Shown here: positions 10,801 to 17,724 of the stretch, in pieces | How positions within the stretch are numbered: position 1 is the stretch's first letter | Layout: the number at the start of each line of letters is the position of its first letter | IMG/VR virus record: IMGVR_UViG_3300030376_005233 | Coordinates: 1 to 31,456 of that record | DNA: 31,456 nt | Direction: 5' to 3' (one strand) | Source of the DNA: a virus | Lineage: Duplodnaviria; Caudoviricetes | Notes under the pieces: generated by a model | What the model was told of the DNA's origin: nothing | What the model saw: the letters and a program-made list of their open reading frames with translations, nothing else | The model's database searches: none | Position numbers and translations under genes: made by a program

Positions 10801-13749
10801 TGGAGATAGCCCGCCGCCTTCTGTAGTGGTTGCCTCGCCCTCTGGGGGATCAGGGAGTGCGACGTAAAGCCCCATATCATTTAGGCGCTCTATGAGAACC
10901 GTATGTAGGTGGTCTACGCTATTCCTAGCTACAATCTTCATAGCCGCGCCGCGTAACGGCTGCTCTTTTGACGCTTCCTGTACCGTATAGAGAATACGGA
11001 CAGGCGGGTGTTTAGTGTGTGTGTCGGGGTTTTGCCAGTCCCAGTCGCTATTCCAACCTCTATGAACGGCTTTCATTAAGCGTTCAAACACCTTTACGTG
11101 CTTGTCTTGGCCGTCAAACTCACCCAGTCCTTCAAAGTGGAACACTGCCCCTTTCGCGTCTTTATTCACAATATCAGGACGCCACTTGTTGAAGTCTTTC
11201 ACGCCGTAGTAGTGAGATAGTAACTGCTGCATCTGTTCTTCAGTCGTGTCAGAAGAGATGCTGACCACAGGAACGCCCGCCGCGTCTGCAATCTTCTTAG
11301 CAGTAGTAACAGTACCTTCTTCGGGGTTCTGGGGGATCTGCCGCCAGTCCCAGTCTCGAACCTCCGCCTCTATCCTTGCTTCGCGCACGACATCGGTTAG
11401 GTTATCTGCGCCTCCAGTTGTTACAGCTTCTTCGGCTTCTTCGGCTTCGTCGTCTTCCGTGGGCTCTGCGTGATGCTCTTCAATCGCCGAATACAGTTTA
11501 GCAAGGTCTTCCTGAAGCGCCTTGTATGCTCCTGCCGGGTCCGCTTCTATCGCGTGCGCGTGTACCAGATTGTTAATCCGGTTAATAAGTTCTTCTAGGA
11601 CAGGGCTCTCTACACCTTGCTCCGCCGCGTGCTCCATCAGAACCATCGTAGCATCGACAAGCGATTGGTGGCTCTTCGGCATCCGTTCCCAACCGGCCTC
11701 AATGTCTGTCTCTGTTTGCTCAATAGCCTCTTCGACTACCTCAGTAAGCGTACCGCCGCCTTCGGTCGTAACCTCTGGCTCTGCTGTAACCTCTGGCTCT
11801 GCTGTAACCTCTGGCTCTGCTGTAGCTTCTTCGACTACCTCAGTAAGCGTACCGCCGCCTTCGGTCGTAACTTCAGGCTCTGGTAACGTGCCCTCTTTAG
11901 CGTGAGAAAGCACCTGAACGCCTTTAGACGGTAAACCCGCGCCCGTAAGCTCTGCCGCTATCTCGTGGACTTTATCCGCTCGATAATCTTCAGATTCCCA
12001 ACGCCTAGACTTAGGCCAAAACCAAAACCCCTGCCTTCTGGACCATCTTAGCCCGTGTTTTTTTGCCACCGGACGCAAGCGATCTACGTCTCCGCGTTCA
12101 GTGTTGAGGATACGAATACCCTCGCCAGCCTCAAAATGCACCTCTACACGAGCGTCTGCCGGTCCCGTAACCTTGACCCCATGGTGGTGCTCTTCTTCGT
12201 GCTGTGTAGCCTCTTCCGTGGTCTTCTCGACGGCTTCTTCTGGGGTGTCAGTGCCGCCGCCTTCGGTCGTGACCTCCGGTGCCTGCTCTTCTTCCTCCGC
12301 TTGCTCTTTTTCAAACGACTGTACTAGCTTGAAATCAGCCGTTGGTGATGGCTGGAAGTAGACGCCGCCTTTGATACGAGAAGAGAACACTCCCCCGCTA
12401 ACGGTCACCTCGCCGTTGTCCATCATAACGCCACCGCCGCGTTTTTTTCCGGGCGGTGGTCCAAGGTCCACGTATTTAATCCCGTGGAGTTTGTGGTCTA
12501 AATAAGAGCTATCCGGGTCGTAGGCCGCTCCCGATCGCACTTTTGCCGGGTCAATAGCCCCTCTGACAGATAGAACAGTCCGACGCTTACCGTTAACTAG
12601 AACGACGTCGCCGGGTAGTAGCTTTTGGTACTCCGCCCGATAATGCTCGTGCTCTGCCGCTTTCTTCGCCTGCCTTTCTTCGAGCGTATCCTCTGGCATA
12701 CGCTCCCAACCAGCTTCTGACTCCTGCTCTACTGCCGTACCGCCTGTGCCTCCGCCTTCAGTGGTTGCTTCTGGCTCTGGCGTTGCTTCTGGCTCTGCTC
12801 CCGGCATCTCATAACCAAGCGACTCTAGACGCTTGGCAATCAACCTAAGCATCTGCGCCTTAGACAAAGTGCGCGGCTTTCCTTCGCCTTCGCCCTTCTC
12901 TTTCTTTTCTCCCTTCTCTCTTTCCGGCTTCTCTCCGCCTCCGGTGTCCTTTTTGTCCGGGCGAGCCTCAATGTGAGCCTTTAGGGCTAGAAGAAGCTCT
13001 ATATCATCGGTGTTGAGGATGAAGTTCACCATGGCTTGGTTCAACGGCGGGTTAGCCGCGTCTACAAGCTCTCGGTAGTCAACGGAAGCACCCTTGTTAG
13101 GGTCAGCGCCGTGAGCAAAGAACTCTACGTCGTCCTTTTCTGGTTCCTGCTGCGTCAAAAACCCTTTCTTCTCAAACGCAGAGTAGACCGAAGAACGAAG
13201 ACCGGGGTTGTTTCCGATGTACTCAAAGAGGTTCTCGGCTTCGTCGTCACGTAGGGTGTCTTCTATCTCAGCCGTAGAGGCACCGTAGTGGCTTGCTATA
13301 CTGTCTAGAACCATGTCCTTTAGGGAAGGAGCCAGACTATCCAGAAAACGCGAGTTAAGCGCCCCTTTGGTAGGCGCTGTGTGCGCCGTCTTTAGGTAAG
13401 CTCCTGAGAAGGAACCTTCTAACGTCCAGTGGCTGTCTCCGTTAGTCGGACGTCGCCACTGATCGTAGGTCTCTTCCGCGTCCATGTTCTTAGGTTGAAT
13501 AGGATTTGGTGGCTCTTGTTTCTTCTTGCCGGACAGATTGAAGAGCCAGTCAACAAGGTTTTTAGACGTCTTGCCTTTTTTGGCTTTCTCGTCTTTCTTC
13601 TTTGCTGCTTTACGGCCCTTCTTTGGCTTGGCGTACTTGTGTACCCATTTCATCTTTCCGGTCTTCGGATCTCGAACGCGCTTACGAGAAACGTATTTAC
13701 CGCCCTCTTTGGCCTTAATCAGATCCAGAATGTCGTTAAAAGTAGCCAC
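7816..13749 (-). CDS. Giant polyvalent protein (1977 aa) with LPD5-like, zincin metallopeptidase (HExxH) and LPD1-like C-terminal domains
   Basis: GTG start with a GGAGG RBS. The C-terminal part has LAIAIGARG..AAAHYEP..IINLT...GGGSLAHEWGHFID (HEWGH at 8761-8775), then YWSRPHEMFARAFE.Y..DKL...YLV and PYPQGEER, the LPD1 pattern. GEHVFGSRFD at about 10.17 kb resembles the LPD5 start GEKIGGARKD. Confidence 0.85.
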   Translation of the reverse strand: MATFNDILDLIKAKEGGKYVSRKRVRDPKTGKMKWVHKYAKPKKGRKAAKKKDEKAKKGKTSKNLVDWLFNLSGKKKQEPPNPIQPKNMDAEETYDQWRRPTNGDSHWTLEGSFSGAYLKTAHTAPTKGALNSRFLDSLAPSLKDMVLDSIASHYGASTAEIEDTLRDDEAENLFEYIGNNPGLRSSVYSAFEKKGFLTQQEPEKDDVEFFAHGADPNKGASVDYRELVDAANPPLNQAMVNFILNTDDIELLLALKAHIEARPDKKDTGGGEKPEREKGEKKEKGEGEGKPRTLSKAQMLRLIAKRLESLGYEMPGAEPEATPEPEATTEGGGTGGTAVEQESEAGWERMPEDTLEERQAKKAAEHEHYRAEYQKLLPGDVVLVNGKRRTVLSVRGAIDPAKVRSGAAYDPDSSYLDHKLHGIKYVDLGPPPGKKRGGGVMMDNGEVTVSGGVFSSRIKGGVYFQPSPTADFKLVQSFEKEQAEEEEQAPEVTTEGGGTDTPEEAVEKTTEEATQHEEEHHHGVKVTGPADARVEVHFEAGEGIRILNTERGDVDRLRPVAKKHGLRWSRRQGFWFWPKSRRWESEDYRADKVHEIAAELTGAGLPSKGVQVLSHAKEGTLPEPEVTTEGGGTLTEVVEEATAEPEVTAEPEVTAEPEVTTEGGGTLTEVVEEAIEQTETDIEAGWERMPKSHQSLVDATMVLMEHAAEQGVESPVLEELINRINNLVHAHAIEADPAGAYKALQEDLAKLYSAIEEHHAEPTEDDEAEEAEEAVTTGGADNLTDVVREARIEAEVRDWDWRQIPQNPEEGTVTTAKKIADAAGVPVVSISSDTTEEQMQQLLSHYYGVKDFNKWRPDIVNKDAKGAVFHFEGLGEFDGQDKHVKVFERLMKAVHRGWNSDWDWQNPDTHTKHPPVRILYTVQEASKEQPLRGAAMKIVARNSVDHLHTVLIERLNDMGLYVALPDPPEGEATTTEGGGLSPEELEELREQQKREREARREQRDAERDRRAAEKKALEEAETKRAVEARRRVKAAEERERVLKDWATSWIKKAEATGEFKQEYPGEDNMLEAVRGAKGEWVELKSIATAEIYDGEQDAMVDQLLSKRIEEFAGLTVRELNQKYSDTKRGKFRFVSEFPPGKKKKDAKPVIYARLDTGEPFLSPAKIAEATKRQEKAKAGGKHTAREQGEHVFGSRFDKFHGVTPEALDQMSNAQQITVVSKKALVPPRKPKQAMLEGERPDTYVVKDWIWSLVQKDAPNSLEGRKNYLAGVELLQQSLDRAVTPQDCFAVLQDLKMFSSGYVFKAVNDGMDISEWEHKQKLRRREAVRAGLQDVAKIARPLGLEGGSSYYGDPDAKQRFYTEMAGRHSSYLLTDEEKEQHAKSNTTRKALAALGKRFIENGLGGKRHKNDKKKLARAIAWSKNIVEMTHDRPLGFSVGSSVVAMHGWEDIVTGEELVAAEADVVRQKDDALAAHRGMVASSDMSKDGLPEEEMWRDLGVEAEDVKLQKDRKKAEKEQKEKELKEAGIEVTKGERWKRSLPDKVVRTAGKGVRKYAQKVIKEADEKQVIKDFNLKNLQYSNSDSHMSTAELDHHIQQLHGGLFDLADLMDLEDPKDLSWGGKLAIAIGARGTGHAAAHYEPADKIINLTSISGGGSLAHEWGHFIDNVLAEKLSIASIEVKTMQAVTDGFKAGKIDFTEFHKEPFGSVMKAYQKVHMAMFNSETDVRSRYCRQDPEGLGRGPGSYDIEVGTKRSEFARHSEAMGDYWSRPHEMFARAFETYLSDKLEKQGRESTYLVTGTKTYRVSGKMVDPDVEEVRAWTNRKHAHESAEADKQRAVFKDEIDAAKKESDDLYDKLSEELEMQAQVILETTRTRSLQKAYEQARESKGYNEMRYAYYEKQDRYRRLVAALDEAMPPTPFDEEKPKAKYAQPYPQGEERKRIGEAMEELIQAISKANMLQKSLFRRGFFEALLGGKQ
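11729..11871. repeat. 44-bp exact direct repeat (period 99 bp) enclosing an 18-bp tandem repeat; encodes EVTTEGGGTLTEVVEEA and AEPEVT linkers
   Basis: tcttcgactacctcagtaagcgtaccgccgccttcggtcgtaac at 11729-11772 and 11828-11871, with gctgtaacctctggctct units between. Confidence 0.9.
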
Positions 13750-13759
13750 CAGTTACCTC

Positions 13760-16700
13760 CTAATATGACGACATACCGGACTTGAGCTTGGTACACATAC
13801 GCTGTACCTGCTCGTCCGACCACTTAGGGTACGCCGCTCTAACCGCCGCTTCTACCGACTTGCCCTGCTTCATATGCGCCTTGACCTTTTCCATGTTCTT
13901 AAAGAACTGGTCTCGGACAATCGTAGCGAACGTAGAAGATGCTGTCTGGACTTCGCGATGCTTCTTTAGTGTAGAAGAAAAACTAAAGCTCTTCTTTGCG
14001 GAGTCCCTCTCTTTGCCTGTAGCCGCGTTGTGAGGATGGTTAGCCGGTAACCCGTCTTTACCTACATTCATCGGCATAATAACGTGTTTTTCTCCGTCTC
14101 CACGGGTGATAATGACGGGATCTCGTGGTCCCGTGTATTGGACCTTAATAGGGCCTTTTGCCCCTTCTAGGGCTTGCTTCACGTATTTGCCGTTAAGTAC
14201 CGCTAATTTCCCTTTGCCTTTGTGTTTTTCTGCCGCCGTATGTTTAGTGCCGTGCATCCCTGCGTGTATCGCGTCTTTGTGATCCTCGTACTCTGCGGTG
14301 TGTGCCGCTTGGACGTGAACCTCTCCGCCTTCAGTAAAGATATGGAAATGAGGGTTTCCCGTTTTCTTACTAGCGTGTGCGCTCGTAGTAGAGTGATGCG
14401 CGTGAGCCATAAACGCCTCGGCATCGAAGGTATGAGTATGCTTCGCGTCCTCTTTAGGCATAGCCCGTTTCCAGTCGGGAAACGCTCCGTGGTCTGCTTC
14501 GACCACTTTGCCGGTCTTCTTGCCCTTTTTCGGCATACTGCCCGCATGGCCCCCTGGCCCCCATTTGGGTCGTACATACTCCTTCGCGCCAACCACTTCG
14601 TGAGCGTAGGCTTTGCCCTCTTCCATCTTGTCCGATACAGGGATCATAGCGATTCGGTGACCGTCTGTAGAGACCATGAACCGCTGGCCTCCGTGGTCTG
14701 CTATCACCGATTGCTTTAGCTGCTTCTGTGCAAACTCGCCACTCGCTTGAAAGCTGCTAGACCGCTTATGGGCACTGTCTACAGAATCGTGCGTCTTCGC
14801 CACGGATCCAAAAGCACCGGGTTTGTTGGACGCTGTAGCTTCAACAGCATCGTGCGAATCCTTAGCTCTCTTGCGCCGATTCGCTTCCGTTTTGGCTTTG
14901 TTTCTCCGTGACCAGATCGGGTTGTTTCTGTTGGACTCTTTGGTAGCGTGGTCGTTCATCTTCTTGATGGCTGCCGTGGCCTTTTTAGAAGCATCCCCAG
15001 ACATGTTGTTCGGGTCAAAACCGTCTAACTCTCCCTTGGCCTCCATATCCATGAGATGGTCCATCATGTAGGTCGCTTGCGGACCTGTCATAGCCCCGCC
15101 AATCCCTAGACCAGCCGCTACGTGAGTCACGCGAACCTTGCCCTTATCCTTCGGATCCTTCGTGATGGCCCAGTCGCCTTTGCCGTAGATCGTCGCGGGA
15201 ACTTCGGTCCCTTCTCCGCCGTGTGTGTTTTTAACAGTAACTGTACCCTTCTTGCCTTTTTTAGCTTTCGGGGGTCCGGCGTCCGCGTAGACGCCGTGCC
15301 CTAGATCTTCTAGGTGTCCAGCCTCGACCATCTCCTTGTGCTGCTTCTCGTATTTCGCGTGGCGCTTTGCGTTCTCTTCTTCGTTCCTAGAACCGCCCTG
15401 CTTGCCCGGTTTTAGTGCTGGAGTAACGAGGTAGCCTTCGTCGTGAATATCCTCAAGACGTTCTTTGTTAGACAACATGCCTGTAGACTCCTCCTTAGCA
15501 GGAGCCTCCTTCTCTTTGGCTTTGTCGGTCCTCGGCTTTCCAGTCGTCGAAGACGGGCTAGGATCTCCCGCCCGTGAGATCCCCATTTCAGCGTAGCGTT
15601 GAGCCTCGCTCTTTCCGTAGATGCCTACGTGTAGCTCGTGGTGACCTGGGTCGGACGCCTTGGCGTTAGCCACGAACCGTCTAGTACCCTCTTCAGCACC
15701 GGCTTCCCCGTAGACATATCCCGCGCTCTTGAAGCCTGCCGCGTGCTGTAGGTGGATAGAATCGCCGTGGCTAGTCGCGATGTACGTCTTACCGTCTACT
15801 TGAACGATCTTGACCTTCTTGCCAGACGTCGTTTTCTTCGGCTTGTTCCAAGAGCCCGTCTTCGGGTTCTTGGTCTGCATGACACCGCGCTCGTTGCCGT
15901 TCTTCATCTTCTCGACGGAAAAACGCGCTTGAGTACGCGAACGCCCGTAAGGGTAATCATCGACATCAAGCGTGTCGTGATAAGTAGCGCCGTCCAAGCT
16001 AGGCACCTTGCGCTTCTTGTCAGTAGCGATGTTAGGTGCTGGACCGCCCGCTTCCGCCTTGGGCTTCTCTTCGGTCTTAGGTCCAGACGCAAGCCACTTA
16101 TCGAACTCGTCCTGAAGTTTCTTCGTCTTGGTCTTTGGTAACGGCCCTACTTCGGCTTCGTACTCGGACCACTTCTTGTTAGTCCATGCCATAAAGTCGA
16201 TGTTGCTAGGCTTCTTCCCAGCGGCTTCCGTAGCGTCTAGGTACGCTTGGTAACGGGCAGTTACTTCCGCCTTGGGCTTCTCTTCCGCCTTCGGTGCTGC
16301 CTCGAAGAACTTGTCCACCACCTCGTTGTTGATCATCCCTGTGAACAGGCTAAGCATGGTGTTGAACTTCAGGTTGCTTGCGGCTTTTTCGTTCTCTTTG
16401 AGGAGCTTTTTAGCCTCGGCAGAGTGAGCCGGGACTTCTCGTAGCTTACTCAAAAGCTCCCACTCAGCGTCTCCAAGCGGGAAGTTATCCGGCTTACTGC
16501 TAACGGCCTTCGGCTTCTCGTCTGCTTCTGGCTTCTTACCGGCTACTCTGTTCTCGCGGATCATTCGATCAACGAACTCTTTCGGTAGTTTACCGTTGTT
16601 CTCAGAAGCTACCGCCACAACGTCAACCGCGTCTTGCATACGGATACCCGGCAAAAGCTCTTCCGCCCGTGCCTGCATCTTCTTCGTAGCGTCAGGATCT

Positions 16701-17419
16701 CCCGAATGGTGACCGGCTAGCAAAGCCGCGTCTGGGTTTTTCTTTGCCCCGGCTTCTTCCGCCACCTGCGTGAGGGTCTTCTCTCCGCCCTTGCCGCTCT
16801 CTTTCTTCTCGTCAGTCTTCTCGGCTTCCGCTTTGGCTTCTCCGCCCTTGCCGCTCTCTTTCTCTTCAGACTGCAACTGACCGATCCGAGCCTCGACCAT
16901 CTTGAGTAGCGCGGCCATGCTCATGCGCTTCTCTTTCTCTTCTCCGCCCTCCTCCTTCTCTTTAGGCTCCTTGGGCTCCTTGGGCTCCTTCTCTTCGCCA
17001 CCTTCGGTCGTAGCCTTCTCTTCTTTGGGCGGCTTCTGCTTGACCAGCTTCTTTAGCGCCCCCCGTAGCTTGAGCAACTCGCCAAGGGTCATGTGGTTGA
17101 CCGCGCTCACCATAGAGTCCATGGGAACGCTCTTAGCTGATACAAGGGCCTCTAGAAGGCGCTTCAAAGCAGAGCCGCGACCCTTCTTCTTTGGCTCGTC
17201 GTACTTGTATTCCCACTTCCACTTGCCGGAACGTACAACGCGCTTCTTGGACTTGTATTTACCGCCGCGCTCTTGGCCACCTTTCAAGATGTCTGTAAAG
17301 AATCCGCCCTTATAAGCGGTGTCTTTTTCCTTCTTTGCTTTGTAGCCGCAGTTGCACTCTTCCCCTTTTGGGCAAGAGCATTTCTCTGTCTTTTTGTCTT
17401 CTTTGTCGTGGTAAGGCAT
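13760..17419 (-). CDS. Giant Lys-rich multidomain protein (1219 aa) with a C-terminal partial DNA polymerase III beta-clamp-like domain
   Basis: Start moved to the ATG at 17419 (AGGAG RBS; the longer start overlaps the upstream gene). MVSTDGHRIA, GAFPDWKRAMP, LNGKYVKQAL and HVIMPMNV align in order with the DnaN motifs VATDGHRLA, GRFPDYRRVLP, FNVSYVLDVL and YVVMPMRL. Confidence 0.82.
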   Translation of the reverse strand: MPYHDKEDKKTEKCSCPKGEECNCGYKAKKEKDTAYKGGFFTDILKGGQERGGKYKSKKRVVRSGKWKWEYKYDEPKKKGRGSALKRLLEALVSAKSVPMDSMVSAVNHMTLGELLKLRGALKKLVKQKPPKEEKATTEGGEEKEPKEPKEPKEKEEGGEEKEKRMSMAALLKMVEARIGQLQSEEKESGKGGEAKAEAEKTDEKKESGKGGEKTLTQVAEEAGAKKNPDAALLAGHHSGDPDATKKMQARAEELLPGIRMQDAVDVVAVASENNGKLPKEFVDRMIRENRVAGKKPEADEKPKAVSSKPDNFPLGDAEWELLSKLREVPAHSAEAKKLLKENEKAASNLKFNTMLSLFTGMINNEVVDKFFEAAPKAEEKPKAEVTARYQAYLDATEAAGKKPSNIDFMAWTNKKWSEYEAEVGPLPKTKTKKLQDEFDKWLASGPKTEEKPKAEAGGPAPNIATDKKRKVPSLDGATYHDTLDVDDYPYGRSRTQARFSVEKMKNGNERGVMQTKNPKTGSWNKPKKTTSGKKVKIVQVDGKTYIATSHGDSIHLQHAAGFKSAGYVYGEAGAEEGTRRFVANAKASDPGHHELHVGIYGKSEAQRYAEMGISRAGDPSPSSTTGKPRTDKAKEKEAPAKEESTGMLSNKERLEDIHDEGYLVTPALKPGKQGGSRNEEENAKRHAKYEKQHKEMVEAGHLEDLGHGVYADAGPPKAKKGKKGTVTVKNTHGGEGTEVPATIYGKGDWAITKDPKDKGKVRVTHVAAGLGIGGAMTGPQATYMMDHLMDMEAKGELDGFDPNNMSGDASKKATAAIKKMNDHATKESNRNNPIWSRRNKAKTEANRRKRAKDSHDAVEATASNKPGAFGSVAKTHDSVDSAHKRSSSFQASGEFAQKQLKQSVIADHGGQRFMVSTDGHRIAMIPVSDKMEEGKAYAHEVVGAKEYVRPKWGPGGHAGSMPKKGKKTGKVVEADHGAFPDWKRAMPKEDAKHTHTFDAEAFMAHAHHSTTSAHASKKTGNPHFHIFTEGGEVHVQAAHTAEYEDHKDAIHAGMHGTKHTAAEKHKGKGKLAVLNGKYVKQALEGAKGPIKVQYTGPRDPVIITRGDGEKHVIMPMNVGKDGLPANHPHNAATGKERDSAKKSFSFSSTLKKHREVQTASSTFATIVRDQFFKNMEKVKAHMKQGKSVEAAVRAAYPKWSDEQVQRMCTKLKSGMSSY

Positions 17420-17429
17420 GACTCGTCTC

Positions 17430-17720
17430 CTATGACTGCGCGTGGCTGTCTTGTGTCTGGTTAGCTTGCTCTTCTTCCAGAGCAAGAAGTATCTTTGCTT
17501 TTTCTACGTAGGCACGCGCCCGCACGTCGTCTCTTTCCATGATTGCGAACATATGTCCGTCATAATGAACTAGACGGCCCCCTTGGAGACCTAAAGCCAG
17601 TTCTATCGTCTCCACAGTATCGTCAGGGTGAGGACGAATAGCGAAGATGTTAGAAAAGCGAGCTAGCCCTCTCGCGTGTAGCGAGACTTTTTCTGTAGGA
17701 GTAAGTGCTTTTAGATCCAT
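17430..17720 (-). CDS. Hypothetical protein (96 aa)
   Basis: Start moved to the ATG at 17720, just after the upstream stop, with AGGGTGG upstream. Fills the gap in the operon. Confidence 0.65.
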   Translation of the reverse strand: MDLKALTPTEKVSLHARGLARFSNIFAIRPHPDDTVETIELALGLQGGRLVHYDGHMFAIMERDDVRARAYVEKAKILLALEEEQANQTQDSHAQS

Positions 17721-17724
17721 AGTT

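Noticed and set aside
11729-11871. CRISPR-like repeat-spacer pattern; the Cas4-like gene as part of a CRISPR system
   Set aside because: There are only two copies, in frame inside a CDS and encoding a peptide linker. No array or other cas genes are present, and stand-alone Cas4-like nucleases are common in phages.
14063-14790. Calling this a functional dnaN sliding-clamp gene
   Set aside because: No domain I is visible, domain II is partly replaced, and it is fused within a 1219-aa head-module protein far from the replication genes.
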